A stretch of DNA of 64,000 bases from Minisyncoccota bacterium (GCA_036170235.1 JAVHOW010000016.1:5511-69510), one strand, 5' to 3'. Counted from the first letter of the stretch, positions 17,303 to 27,302 are shown. Numbers and translations: made by a program. Notes: generated from the letters alone by a model not told the origin.

Positions 17303-18562
17303 ATCAGTCAAGACCTAGCTAAAAATAAATTACCTGACAAACCTGGCGTTTATTTATTCCGCGACTATCGGGGTAGGCCGATCTATATTGGTCGGGCAAC
17401 TTCACTCAAAGATCGTGTAAAGAGTTATTTCTCCAATGACCTTATAGAAACTCGTGGTCCACGAATTGTGGATATGGTTACGAAATCGAAGAAGATAACA
17501 TGGAAAGAAACTGATTCTGTACTCGAAGCTATTATTCTTGAAAGCGTGCTCATCAAGCGTTATCAGCCACATTACAATGTCGATGAACGCGATGATAAAA
17601 GTTCGCAATATGTGGTTATAACCGATGAATTATGGCCGCGAGTATTTCTTGTTAGAGCTCGTGATTTTGACTTGGCTCACCGAAGCGGAGCGGAGGTGGC
17701 TCTTGGCTATAAAGTAAAAAAGTATTTTGGTCCATATCCGCACGGTGGATTGATCAAAGAAGCGCTTAAAATTCTTCGCAAATTATTTCCATTTAAAGAT
17801 AAGAAATCGTTTGACCAACGCCATGACGCGTTTTATCGTGCCATCGGTCGTTCACCGAAAGAAGATGATACCAATGCTCATAGACGCTATGTAAGGACGA
17901 TTGAAAACCTGATTTTATTTTTTGAAGGAAAGAAAGATCAGGTGCGAATGCGTATTGAAAAAGAGATGAGTGCATTTGCTCGCGCGTTAAAATTCGAATC
18001 AGCTGGACAATCAAAAAGACTTTTGTACGCGCTTGATCATATAAATGACATGGCGCTTATTAAACGAGAAAGTGAACGAAATGTTAGATCTGGTGGCTCA
18101 TTGAAGTCAGATTTTCGAATTGAAGCATATGATGTCGCGCATTTATCAGGAACTAATGTTGTTGGTGCCATGACGGTTTCAGTTAACAAAGAATTTGCGC
18201 TAGCTGAATATCGCAAGTTCAAAATTTCTCGACAAGTCAATGATGACCTTTCTGGACTCAAGGAAATCCTCAACCGTCGCCTCAATCATACAGAATGGGT
18301 ATATCCGGATTTTATTATTGTTGATGGAAACGAAACACACCTTTCGCATGCTGAATCAGTTCTTAAGGTTCGTCGAATTTCAATACCTATTATTGCGGTT
18401 ACAAAAGATGAACGGCATAAAGCGGCGCGATTTATTGGAAATCCAGATATTATTAAAAAATACAAAAAAGAAATAATTGCTTTGAATGCTGAAGCGCATC
18501 GTTTTGCTATAAAGTATCATCGGCAGAAAAGGGTTCGGTCATTCAGGGGCGGATTGGACTAA
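17303..18562 (+). CDS. uvrC: Excinuclease ABC subunit C, short form with GIY-YIG and endonuclease V-like domains and no C-terminal HhH.
   Basis: GVYLFRD...IYIGRATSLKDRVKSYF is GIY-YIG. DFIIVDGNETHLS...IPIIAVTKDERHK matches the UvrC RNase H-like region. Confidence 0.8.
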   Translation: MSQDLAKNKLPDKPGVYLFRDYRGRPIYIGRATSLKDRVKSYFSNDLIETRGPRIVDMVTKSKKITWKETDSVLEAIILESVLIKRYQPHYNVDERDDKSSQYVVITDELWPRVFLVRARDFDLAHRSGAEVALGYKVKKYFGPYPHGGLIKEALKILRKLFPFKDKKSFDQRHDAFYRAIGRSPKEDDTNAHRRYVRTIENLILFFEGKKDQVRMRIEKEMSAFARALKFESAGQSKRLLYALDHINDMALIKRESERNVRSGGSLKSDFRIEAYDVAHLSGTNVVGAMTVSVNKEFALAEYRKFKISRQVNDDLSGLKEILNRRLNHTEWVYPDFIIVDGNETHLSHAESVLKVRRISIPIIAVTKDERHKAARFIGNPDIIKKYKKEIIALNAEAHRFAIKYHRQKRVRSFRGGLD

Positions 18563-18590
18563 AGGTTTTTATAGCATTATACTTGTATGA

Positions 18591-19574
18591 ATGAAACACC
18601 TTACTCGCGTTGGCGTGCTCCGTGGCGGTCCAAGTAATGAATATGAAATTTCGCTCAATTCTGGGGCGACGGTACTTTCGGCATTGCGTACGCATTTCGA
18701 GCCGCAATACGAGCCCCGAGATATTTTTATTGATCGACAAGGAACATGGCATATTGATGGCGTGGCTGTAAATCCAGAAAGTATGTCTTCGAAGATTGAC
18801 GTGGCTTTCAACGCACTGCATGGTTCGTATGGCGAAGATGGAAAGATTCAGGCATTTCTTGAGGCACACTGCATTCCATTTACTGGTTCTGGATCGCTCG
18901 GTTCGGCAGTTGGCATGAATAAAATCCTCGCAAAAAAAATCTGCGCTGACCACGGTATCAAGAGTCCATATTGGAAAGAAGTTTCATCAGATTCGGTTCG
19001 TGCTGATGTGGAAGCGGTTGCGCAGGAATTATTCACTACTTTTATTTTGCCAGCGGTTGTCAAACCGAATTCTAGCGGTTCGTCTGTTGGCGTTTCGATA
19101 GTTCACAATTTTGCAGAATTGGTCACAGCTTTAATGAGTGCCGCTCTTCATGACGAAACTATTCTTATAGAAGAATTTATTCCCGGCATTGAGACTACTT
19201 GTGGCGTAATCGAGGGATTTCGTGGTCATGAATTATACGCCTTGCCACCAGTTGAGATCCGTCCCCATAGCGGTTTTTTTGATTATTCAGCAAAGTATCA
19301 GGGAAAATCAGAGGAAATAGTTCCAGCGACATTTTCAGAATCAATAAAAAAGTCTTTAGAAGATTTGGCTGGGAAAATTCATCTCGCTCTCGGTTTGCGA
19401 CATTATTCGCGTTCGGATTTTATCATTCACCCACGCAGGGGAATATACATGCTTGAAGTTAATACTCTGCCAGGACTTACTTCGGAATCATTAGTTCCAA
19501 AATCATTACGCGCAGTTGGAAGCGATGTTCATGAGTTGGTCGGTCATTTGATCGGTTTGGCGATGAAGAAATGA
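18591..19574 (+). CDS. ddl: D-alanine--D-alanine ligase.
   Basis: VGVLRGGPSNEYEISLNSG, HGSYGEDGKIQAFLE, and ATP-grasp motifs. Confidence 0.88.
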   Translation: MKHLTRVGVLRGGPSNEYEISLNSGATVLSALRTHFEPQYEPRDIFIDRQGTWHIDGVAVNPESMSSKIDVAFNALHGSYGEDGKIQAFLEAHCIPFTGSGSLGSAVGMNKILAKKICADHGIKSPYWKEVSSDSVRADVEAVAQELFTTFILPAVVKPNSSGSSVGVSIVHNFAELVTALMSAALHDETILIEEFIPGIETTCGVIEGFRGHELYALPPVEIRPHSGFFDYSAKYQGKSEEIVPATFSESIKKSLEDLAGKIHLALGLRHYSRSDFIIHPRRGIYMLEVNTLPGLTSESLVPKSLRAVGSDVHELVGHLIGLAMKK

Positions 19575-19703
19575 TAGGGAATTGAATAATCGGCGGTAAT
19601 CGTGTATGCTGTTTCGGTACCTTTAATAGGGAAATTAATAGGCCTGTAGCTGTCTCGGTAGTAATGCAGCAAGGTGGTTTAACTTATTGAAAATTTAATA
19701 CAC

Positions 19704-19776
19704 GGGCCCGTAGCTCAGTTGGTAGAGCAGTGCTTTTGCAAAGCAAAGGTCGGAGGTTCGATTCCTCTCGGGTCCA
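19704..19776 (+). tRNA. tRNA-Ala (anticodon UGC) with a G3-U70 pair.
   Basis: GGGCCCGTAGCTCAGTTGGTAGAGC...anticodon loop TTTGCAA...GGTTCGATTCC. Acceptor has G3:U70. CCA is not encoded. Confidence 0.85.
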
Positions 19777-19826
19777 CTGTTGATCTGTACCCCATAAAGT
19801 GGACACAAGGTCCATGGTCGGTATTT

Positions 19827-19867
19827 TTGACAGTGAAAATTGACAAGTTATGGGTATTTGATATTAT
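19827..19867 (+). promoter_or_regulatory. Sigma-70-like promoter, TTGACA (two overlapping copies) - 16 nt - TATTAT.
   Basis: TTGACA at 19840-19845, 16-nt spacer, TATTAT at 19862-19867. It precedes a GC-rich structured region. Confidence 0.5.
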
Positions 19868-19875
19868 GTAGAAAC

Positions 19876-20150
19876 AGTTGGCTTCGGCCTTACCCCCGTA
19901 AGAGGGAGAATGTTGGAAAAGTCGTCAGAGCAAGTTTCTGGCGGCTTTTCTTATAGTTGTAAAAATGTCCTGTTCCAAAAATCCTATTTTTTCGACGAGA
20001 CGGCGTGTATCAACAACTCGCAGTTGGGACAGGTTGGCTCTTGCTGGACTGCCGTCGATAATGCCGACGGCAAGGCGGAGCGGGTGTTCGCGGACCGACT
20101 AACGAGGTCCACCAAAATGAGCGTAGCGAATATGTTCTAGTTATCACGTA
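19876..20150 (+). ncRNA. Candidate structured non-coding RNA of unknown class, promoter-driven and ended by a bidirectional terminator.
   Basis: GC-rich island with multiple strong local hairpins: GGCUUCGGCC with a UUCG tetraloop, GCCGUCGAUAAUGCCGACGGC, and GGACCGACUAACGAGGUCC. The 76-aa ORF inside has no SD spacing and a non-protein-like composition. Confidence 0.3.
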
Positions 20151-20301
20151 ATAATTACTAACCTCTCACGGCTTCAATATGGTCGCTTTATCAGCCCTAA
20201 TCAAGTATACAATTATGGCAGATGCACCAATATGTCCATCATGTTCACACCCAGCTCATTCGGGTAAAAAGTGCGAAACGTGTGAATGTGTCAAGTAAAT
20301 C

Positions 20302-20340
20302 AAAAAACCACCCTGAGTTTTTATCGAAGGGTGGTTTTTT
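20302..20340. terminator. Bidirectional rho-independent terminator. Copy 1 of an identical 39-nt hairpin repeat.
   Basis: aaaaaaccaccctgagtttttatcgaagggtggtttttt between convergent units. Its reverse complement is identical to 60616..60656. Confidence 0.7.
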
Positions 20341-20360
20341 GATAGTGAGAGCAACAAATA

Positions 20361-20582
20361 TTACATTGTTGAACCAGCGGACGAAGAAACACTGCAATTT
20401 TTGCAGGTACTCTTGTGGGTGAAGATGAGGTACAGAGCTGAAAGACCTACGAGGATGTATACGATCCTTGCAATAGTTGCACCAAGATACATAACTACAT
20501 CACCAACTCCAATACCGACTAGGAGCCAGTTCAAGCCTCCGATAACTAATAAAATAAACGCGACAGAGTGTAATGCTTTCAT
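20361..20582 (-). CDS. DUF378 family small membrane protein.
   Basis: 73 aa with two TM helices and the LNWLLVGI motif. Confidence 0.6.
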   Translation of the reverse strand: MKALHSVAFILLVIGGLNWLLVGIGVGDVVMYLGATIARIVYILVGLSALYLIFTHKSTCKNCSVSSSAGSTM

Positions 20583-20756
20583 AATAGTACTTTAATATTA
20601 TTAATAATAAACTGTTACCTTGTACACTAGAAGTAATTATAGCAGATAGGGTATATGTTGTTTTGCCTAGTTATACACACCCTCGTTTAGCACTTACAGG
20701 GCTTAATTATTAAAAAATTTGCATCAAGCTCTCTTCTAAGCTACTATACTTCCTCT

Positions 20757-20951
20757 ATGGGAGAAACATTTGGTGGATTATTTGGAACACTGTGGGAAGT
20801 GTGGAAAGAAATGGCTTCCGCTGTTTTTGGCGTTATTCCAACGGTATTACATTTTATATTTTGGGCGCTTGCCGGTATCATTATCTTGCCGTGCGTTTTT
20901 ATTGCGGGTAATTTATATCCAAAATGGATAGAGTGGGGAGAAGATTTCTAA
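20757..20951 (+). CDS. Hypothetical small membrane protein.
   Basis: 64 aa with two hydrophobic helices. Confidence 0.3.
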   Translation: MGETFGGLFGTLWEVWKEMASAVFGVIPTVLHFIFWALAGIIILPCVFIAGNLYPKWIEWGEDF

Positions 20952-21013
20952 TAAACAATTTCTAATTTTTTATAACATTTGCGGGGGTAAGCTTTTCACT
21001 GTAAACTTGTCAT

Positions 21014-22480
21014 ATGTCGCAACTTTCCGATTCCAATAATCCCCCAGCTTTGCACCCGACCATTTTTATTATTTTTGGTATCACTGGCGATCTAGCCTCA
21101 CGCAAACTTATTCCCGCTCTTTTGAGCCTCTATACCAAAAAATTATTACCATCTCGTTTTGCTATTATCGGATTTTCTCGTCGAATATTCAGTAGAGAAG
21201 AATTCCGCGAATTTATCCGTAGCCGCATGAATGTTAGACTTGGTCAATTCAAAGAAGAAGATATCAAGCATTTTCTAGATCACATGTCATACGAGCAAGG
21301 CATGTTCGATGACGCTGGCGCATACACGCGCTTGGCATTGAAAATGAAAAACATCGATGATCGTTGGGGTCAATGTTCCAACAAACTGTTTCATCTTTCT
21401 GTTCCACCAACATTGTACGAAAAGATTCTGGTTAATGTCGCTCATTCAGGACTTGCCTCAGCATGCGATGATGGTCTCGGTTGGACTCGTGTGCTCATCG
21501 AAAAGCCATTTGGCAGTGATAGTGCGACTGCGCATCATCTCGACAAGTTGCTCGGTTCATTATTCAAAGAAGAACAAATATTTCGCATTGATCATTATCT
21601 TGCCAAAGAAGTTTTGCAAAATATCATCGCTTTTCGTTTTTCAAATTCGATGTTTGAGCCATTATGGAATAAGAAATTCATTGACAAAGTCCACATCAAA
21701 CTGTTTGAACGCGCGACCATGGAGGGTCGTGGTGCTTTCTATGATCCGATCGGAGCTCTAAAGGATGTCGGTCAAAATCACATGTTGATGATGTTGGCGA
21801 TTATCGCTATGGAGCCGCCAAAATCATTTACCGCGCGTGATATTCGTAGTGGACGCGCCAAAGTTATATCAAAATTGAAGCAGATGTCTGGACGTTCTAT
21901 ATCCAAACAAGTGGTACGTGGTCAGTACATGGGATACATGCAAGAGTCTGGCATCTCTCCACAATCGCAGACCGAAACATATTTTCGAATCAAGTCGTAC
22001 ATTGGTTCGGCGCGCTGGAAAGGCGTACCTTTTTATCTGGAAAGTGGCAAGGCGCTTGCAGAATCAAAGGCGGAGATAGACGTGTATTTCAAAGAAGCAA
22101 AAATCAAGAAGCAAAAAAATAAATATTTATCCGGTGATTCAGACGGAGGCGAAAGTGTTCCTGATAATCGGCAAAATATTTTAACGTTTCGCATTCAGCC
22201 GGATGAAGGCATTCGCATTCGTTTTTTTGTAAAAGTTCCTGGACATGAATACAAAACCGAATCCAAGCCGTTAAAGTTCAAGTACGCGGACGTGGCAGGT
22301 TTCGAAATGATCCCGAATGATTATGAACGACTTATCAACGATGCTTTTGTTGGTGATCAAACTCTCTTCGCTTCAACAGACGAGATCATGGCTTCATGGA
22401 AATTCATGATGTCTATTCTAGATAATTTGAAAAACATCCCGCTGACCTTGTATGAAAAAGGCGCGGAGTATGTGGAGTAG
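21014..22480 (+). CDS. zwf: Glucose-6-phosphate 1-dehydrogenase.
   Basis: N-terminal NADP-binding FGITGDLASRKL, the RIDHYLAKE active-site motif, and ~488 aa. Confidence 0.9.
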   Translation: MSQLSDSNNPPALHPTIFIIFGITGDLASRKLIPALLSLYTKKLLPSRFAIIGFSRRIFSREEFREFIRSRMNVRLGQFKEEDIKHFLDHMSYEQGMFDDAGAYTRLALKMKNIDDRWGQCSNKLFHLSVPPTLYEKILVNVAHSGLASACDDGLGWTRVLIEKPFGSDSATAHHLDKLLGSLFKEEQIFRIDHYLAKEVLQNIIAFRFSNSMFEPLWNKKFIDKVHIKLFERATMEGRGAFYDPIGALKDVGQNHMLMMLAIIAMEPPKSFTARDIRSGRAKVISKLKQMSGRSISKQVVRGQYMGYMQESGISPQSQTETYFRIKSYIGSARWKGVPFYLESGKALAESKAEIDVYFKEAKIKKQKNKYLSGDSDGGESVPDNRQNILTFRIQPDEGIRIRFFVKVPGHEYKTESKPLKFKYADVAGFEMIPNDYERLINDAFVGDQTLFASTDEIMASWKFMMSILDNLKNIPLTLYEKGAEYVE

Positions 22481-22581
22481 GTTTATGACAAGCAAATTCC
22501 TGCGGATTCGTTAGTTTTAATACTTCGCACATCGGTGGTGGAGCTCTTTTTATTTTTCATTTCTTATGTTAAATTATCACT

Positions 22582-23214
22582 ATGATAATCAATTACCTTG
22601 GCGGACAATTCGTGAAAGTTCAATTTGGCGACACTATCCTCGCTTTCAACCCTATTTCCAAGGATTCCAAGCTCAAAGTTTCAAAGTTCGGCGCGGACGT
22701 TGTTTTGACCAGTGTCAATCATCCCGACATGAACGGTTTTGATCAAGTTATGTTTGGCGACAAGAAACCATTCGCCATTTCCGGTCCAGGTGAATATGAA
22801 GTCAAAGGCGTGTTCATCAAAGGCTTTGGATCCGAATCTGGCTATGATGGCGAAAAGAGAATCAATACTATATATACGGTTGCGCTTGAAGGCATGAACA
22901 TTTGTTTTCTTGGTGCGTTGAATACAACCGAATTGCCCAAGGAAGCTGATGAGGCCATAGATGAAGTGGACATTCTTTTTGTGCCAATCAGTGGCGATGG
23001 TGTGCTCGATCCAGCCAAAGCGTACAAGTTGGCAGTTTCTATTGGTCCCAAAATAATTATTCCGGTGAACTATGGTGATGGGGGTGATAAAGACGCTTTG
23101 AAAAAATTCCTGAAGGAAGCAGGGGAGAATCCAAAGCCAGAACCGAAACTTACGCTCAAGAAGAAGGATTTGGAAGGTAAGGAGGCGTATGTTGTGGTGT
23201 TGGAGAGGGAGTAA
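22582..23214 (+). CDS. MBL-fold metal-dependent hydrolase (COG2220-like).
   Basis: ~210 aa with beta-lactamase-fold-like motifs. Weak assignment. Confidence 0.45.
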   Translation: MIINYLGGQFVKVQFGDTILAFNPISKDSKLKVSKFGADVVLTSVNHPDMNGFDQVMFGDKKPFAISGPGEYEVKGVFIKGFGSESGYDGEKRINTIYTVALEGMNICFLGALNTTELPKEADEAIDEVDILFVPISGDGVLDPAKAYKLAVSIGPKIIIPVNYGDGGDKDALKKFLKEAGENPKPEPKLTLKKKDLEGKEAYVVVLERE

Positions 23215-23262
23215 AATTGTACCTTGCGCTTCGATATAGCAGTGCTAGAATTATTACATAAT

Positions 23263-23562
23263 ATGAAACTCCAAACACATCTCGAAAACCTACGCGCAAA
23301 ACCAGAACATATCCGCAAAAGGATAGCTTTTTGGTCATCATTCGGAATTACTGCAATTATCTTTGCATTTTGGCTGGGTTCATTTTCTATTACTGGAAGT
23401 ACGGCAAGTGGTGCCGTGGCTTCTGCGGTCTCAAAAGCTGGTAGTCCTGGAAGCTCGCTGATTGCAGGCGTCGGAAACTTTTTTGTTGATATAAAGGAGA
23501 TGCTTTTTGGTGCGAAGAAGATCAAATATAGTGAGGTTGTGGTGACGCCGGGGAGTAAATAG
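23263..23562 (+). CDS. Hypothetical small membrane protein.
   Basis: One TM helix. The stop is immediately followed by a REP palindrome. Confidence 0.35.
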   Translation: MKLQTHLENLRAKPEHIRKRIAFWSSFGITAIIFAFWLGSFSITGSTASGAVASAVSKAGSPGSSLIAGVGNFFVDIKEMLFGAKKIKYSEVVVTPGSK

Positions 23563-24121
23563 TCCAAGGTCCGACCTTGGATAGGATGTTATTTTGTGGT
23601 CTCTTTTCACCCAAGTAATCTTTGAAACTTGAGAACTCATAGACCTTCGAATATTCGACTGCTCTATCATAGTGCTCATATCTTACTTCTCTCAACATAT
23701 CTGGTTCTTCAATACCAAAAGGGTTTAAATGTATATATTCAATAATACGAGCTAAATATTGATCGGTATCAATAGTTTTTGCTTTATATTTTCCTTGAAA
23801 TATTGTGCCCGAGTGATTATATTTTTTATTGAAATACATTACATACGCGGTACAGAGTTTTCTAACAAATTGTTCAACTTGCTGATCAGTTTCGACCATA
23901 AGTCCCAAATGAAAATGATTTGGCATAAGACAATACGAGAATATATCCACGAGATTTTGTTGTCGGTCTATAGAAAAAATATCAGATTTATTCAATTTGA
24001 AAACTAGAGGCTTTGAATCATTCGCTATATACAACAAACAGACAAAGCGTTGATAATCGCTCTTATCATTGAATATAGGCGCTTTATGAGCACCGCGATT
24101 GTAGATATGGTAGTAAGGCAT
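23522..24121 (-). mobile_element. IS200/IS605-like Y1 (HUH) transposase of the REP-associated tyrosine transposase (RAYT) type, flanked by two REP-like palindromes.
   Basis: YHIYNRGAHKAPIF and LMPNHFHLGL give the HUH motif as HFH plus a catalytic Tyr region. REP copies lie at 23563 and 24126 in inverted arrangement around it. The likely start MPYY is just inside the upstream REP. The track ORF extends to 24178 with GTG. Confidence 0.7.
23563..23581. repeat. REP-like 19-bp perfect palindrome TCCAAGGTCCGACCTTGGA, copy 1, at the 3' side of the RAYT gene.
   Basis: Exact palindrome seen in the sequence. Confidence 0.9.
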
Positions 24122-24125
24122 TTGT

Positions 24126-24144
24126 TCCAAGGTCAGACCTTGGA
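24126..24144. repeat. REP-like palindrome TCCAAGGTCAGACCTTGGA, copy 2, at the 5' side of the RAYT gene.
   Basis: Exact palindrome with a variable centre base. Confidence 0.9.
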
Positions 24145-24153
24145 CAACATATT

Positions 24154-24208
24154 CTATCAAACCGGAATGAAGAAACACTGAAGAAACGATAAAGAAGTAA
24201 TGAAGAAA
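24154..24208. repeat. ~45-bp repeat tatcaaaccRgaatgaagaaacactgaagaaacgataaRgaagtaatgaaga, copy A.
   Basis: Near-identical to 28475..28525 and 44725..44765. It lies at the 5' end of the minus-strand RAYT unit. Confidence 0.7.
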
Positions 24209-24268
24209 TTAAAAAACCGCGGGCGACTGGGTGTCGCGACGCGGATGAAAACGGCCTTCCATGTAATC

Positions 24269-24496
24269 TTAGTTGTAATCGTCGAGCAACTTATCAATTC
24301 TGTGATAGAGATGCCAGCCAGCATTCCTCCATATGTGTATTGTCCAAAGAAGGACTATTGGAAACAAAAGCGCGCTTGCGACCATGATTAAGTGTGGAAA
24401 ATTTTTCGGAGTTGGAAGTATTCCAATCCAAATGACAATGCTCAAGATACTTCCAATTGATGCGAGACTCCAGTAGAAAATCAAAAGAATGAGCAT
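24269..24496 (-). CDS. Small membrane protein, PLDc_N-like.
   Basis: Two TM helices, 75 aa. Confidence 0.35.
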   Translation of the reverse strand: MLILLIFYWSLASIGSILSIVIWIGILPTPKNFPHLIMVASALLFPIVLLWTIHIWRNAGWHLYHRIDKLLDDYN

Positions 24497-24699
24497 TAAG
24501 GCATTCTTATGGAATCGTGCGGTGATAGAATCGGTTCTGTTGTCAATGGTTTTTGTTGATCTTAATTAGACGTGCCGGTAGTTTCATAGTTGACCTTTAA
24601 TTTTTTCTTATTTCTACTATGTATATTCTCATCTAATACACACAATGTCAAGCTGACACCACACCTTATTTTTGCTACAATTAAGTGGTAAAATAATTT

Positions 24700-24718
24700 T
24701 CCAAGGTCGGACCTTGGA
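24700..24718. repeat. REP-like palindrome TCCAAGGTCGGACCTTGGA, copy 3, 8 nt upstream of the gyrA start codon.
   Basis: Exact palindrome overlapping the expected RBS region of gyrA. Confidence 0.9.
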
Positions 24719-24725
24719 GTGATTC

Positions 24726-27200
24726 ATGGCAAAGAAAACCAACCAAATTGAAGCCGAACCAGTAGCACGACCAGCGGGAGCTGGCGTTGTGGCACGCAAT
24801 ATCACCACCGAGATGCGTGAGTCTTTTCTAGACTACGCAATGTCAGTTATTACTGACCGCGCGCTTCCGGATGTTCGTGATGGCTTGAAGCCTGTGCACC
24901 GCCGCATTCTCTATGCTATGCACGAAAAAGGTCTGACATTTTCCTCAAAATTTCGTAAGTCCGCAGTGCCAGTCGCTGACGCGATGGGTAATTATCACCC
25001 GCATGGTGACGTAGCTATTTATGATTCGCTTGTCAAAATGGCGCAAGATTTCACTATGCGATATCCGCTGGTTCAGGGTCAAGGAAACTTTGGAACCATT
25101 GATGGAGATCCAGCCGCCGCTATGCGTTATACCGAAGCCAAGATGTCACGCGTTGCCGCTGAACTTCTCCGTGATATCGACAAGAACACCGTTGATTTTC
25201 GTCCAAACTACGATGGCACTCGCAAAGAGCCGACCGTTCTTCCAACTGCGGTTCCGAATCTTCTTTTGAATGGCACGCTCGGTATTGCCGTTGGTATGGC
25301 GACCAACATCGCTCCGCACAATCTCCGGGAAGTCGTTGATGCGACCATGCATTTGGTTGATAACAAGGATGCGACCATTGACGATATTTTCCAATTTATC
25401 AAAGGTCCAGATTTTCCAACGGGCGCGGTTTTGTATGGTGAAAAAGATATTCATCATGCATACGCAACTGGTCGTGGTGGTATGACTGTGCGTGGTGAAG
25501 CGGAGATTGTTGAAGACAAAAAAGGCCAGTATCAGATCGTCATTAGTTCCATCCCATATCGTGTCAACAAATCAGAGCTCATCATTCGCATGGCAGATCT
25601 CGTTCGTGAAAAAATCGTTGAAGGAGTCCGTGGTTTGCGCGATGAATCAGACAAAGAAATGCGCATTGTTCTTGATTTAAAAAATGGCGCGTATCCAGAA
25701 AAGATTCTCAATTTACTCTACAAACATACCCAGCTCGAAGAAACATTTCACATGAATACAGTGGCGCTCGTTCACGGTGTGCCACAGACGTTGTCGCTCA
25801 AGTCTATTTTGGAAGAATTCGTTGAGCACCGTATTGAAGTCATTCGCCGTCGAACAGCTTTTGATCTCGCCAAAGCCGAGGATCGTGAGCATATTCTGCT
25901 TGGTTTAAAGAAAGCACTAGATCATATTGATGAAATCATTACTTTGATTCGCGCGTCAGCTGATGTTACCGCGGCTCATGCAGGATTGATGAAGAAGTTC
26001 AAGTTCAGTGACAAGCAAACAACGGCTATTTTGGAAATGCGTTTGCAAAAACTCGCTGGCCTAGAGCGCAAGAAAGTTTTGGATGAATTGAAAGAAGTTC
26101 AAGCCTTGATCGAAGAATTAAAAGGCATTCTCGGTAGTGAAAAGAAAGTTCGTGGCATCATCAAAACCGAACTTACTGAAATCAAAAATAAATATGGCGA
26201 CGATCGTCGCACCAAGATTGTGAAACATGGCGTCAAGGAATTCAATCCAGAAGATTTGATTGCTGATGAAGAATCAGTATTGGTTTTGACCAAAGGCGGT
26301 TACATCAAGCGAACCAATCCTGATGAATATCGCAAACAGAAGCGTGGTGGCGTTGGTGTAGTTGATCTAGATACCAAAGAAGAGGATTTTATTTCACATC
26401 TTGTTTTTGCTTCAACACACAATGATTTGCTATTTTTTTCTGACAAAGGCAAAGCGTATCAAATCAAGATGTATGATATTCCCGAAGGCAAGCGTGCTAC
26501 TAAAGGTAAATCCATGATGAATTTCTTGTCTCTGGCAGAAGGCGAGCGCGTAACTTCTATTTTACCAATGCCGAAAAATAAGAAAGAAGCAGAAGATTTG
26601 TCATTGATGATGGTAACCAAAGATGGTACCGGTAAAAAATGTTCGGCAGCTCATTTCAAGGATGTGCGTCGCTCTGGTTTGATCGCAATCACACTCGATG
26701 CTGGTGATGAACTCATTTCTGCTTCGTTTGTTTCAAAAAATGATACGGTGACGATTGCCACCAAAGAAGGTCAGTCAATCCGTTTTGATCAAGATGATGT
26801 TCGCGAAATGGGTCGCAATGCCGCAGGTGTTCGTGTTATCAAACTTGATAAAGGTGATGCCGTCATTTCCGCTGATATTGTTTCCAAAGATGCCAAAAAT
26901 CCAGCTTTGTTCGTCATGGGTGCCAATGGTTATGGAAAAAAGACCGATCTTTCTGAATACAAAGTTCAAAACCGCGGTGGTTCCGGAATTCTGACTATGA
27001 ATATTACGGCGAAAACTGGTCCCTTGATGGCGGCTAAAGTCGTGACTGACGACGAAGAAGAGATTGTGGCTATGTCAAAGAAGTCGCAAGTTATCCGCGT
27101 TGACCTCAAAGAAATTCCGATGCTGAGTCGTGCTACGCAAGGTGTCAGAGTGATGAAGTTACGAGATGGTGATCAGTTGGCGAGTTTGATTTGTTTGTAA
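24726..27200 (+). CDS. gyrA: DNA gyrase subunit A.
   Basis: Active-site region [10 protein letters not shown], a GyrA-box-like QKRGGVGV, and 824 aa with a C-terminal beta-pinwheel. Confidence 0.88.
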   Translation: MAKKTNQIEAEPVARPAGAGVVARNITTEMRESFLDYAMSVITDRALPDVRDGLKPVHRRILYAMHEKGLTFSSKFRKSAVPVADAMGNYHPHGDVAIYDSLVKMAQDFTMRYPLVQGQGNFGTIDGDPAAAMRYTEAKMSRVAAELLRDIDKNTVDFRPNYDGTRKEPTVLPTAVPNLLLNGTLGIAVGMATNIAPHNLREVVDATMHLVDNKDATIDDIFQFIKGPDFPTGAVLYGEKDIHHAYATGRGGMTVRGEAEIVEDKKGQYQIVISSIPYRVNKSELIIRMADLVREKIVEGVRGLRDESDKEMRIVLDLKNGAYPEKILNLLYKHTQLEETFHMNTVALVHGVPQTLSLKSILEEFVEHRIEVIRRRTAFDLAKAEDREHILLGLKKALDHIDEIITLIRASADVTAAHAGLMKKFKFSDKQTTAILEMRLQKLAGLERKKVLDELKEVQALIEELKGILGSEKKVRGIIKTELTEIKNKYGDDRRTKIVKHGVKEFNPEDLIADEESVLVLTKGGYIKRTNPDEYRKQKRGGVGVVDLDTKEEDFISHLVFASTHNDLLFFSDKGKAYQIKMYDIPEGKRATKGKSMMNFLSLAEGERVTSILPMPKNKKEAEDLSLMMVTKDGTGKKCSAAHFKDVRRSGLIAITLDAGDELISASFVSKNDTVTIATKEGQSIRFDQDDVREMGRNAAGVRVIKLDKGDAVISADIVSKDAKNPALFVMGANGYGKKTDLSEYKVQNRGGSGILTMNITAKTGPLMAAKVVTDDEEEIVAMSKKSQVIRVDLKEIPMLSRATQGVRVMKLRDGDQLASLICL

Positions 27201-27302
27201 ATAAAAAGCCACCATATTTCAGGAGGCTTGCTCAATCGTTTTTGGTAAACAGGAGAAAGAGATCATCGAGAAGATTAAATAATTGGAAGGATTTTTTCCT
27301 AC

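Noticed and set aside
19876-20150. tmRNA hypothesis, prompted by a 3' GAGGUCCACCA resembling an acceptor end with encoded CCA and a potential G:U at position 70
   Set aside because: There is no complementary 5' GGGCCUC strand, no GGUUCGA T-loop, and no recognisable tag reading frame ending in AA-stop nearby. It is left as an unclassified ncRNA candidate.
22080-22170. Possible inserted element in zwf, a Lys-rich and Gly/Asp-rich segment containing the palindrome ATAAATATTTAT
   Set aside because: It is AT-rich and short, with no repeat copies elsewhere in the window. It could be a native loop, and the evidence is too weak.
24726-27200. Alternative call of ParC (topoisomerase IV subunit A) instead of GyrA
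   Set aside because: A GyrA-box-like motif is present and gyrB is nearby. No second type II topoisomerase pair is visible, and CPR genomes typically carry only gyrase.
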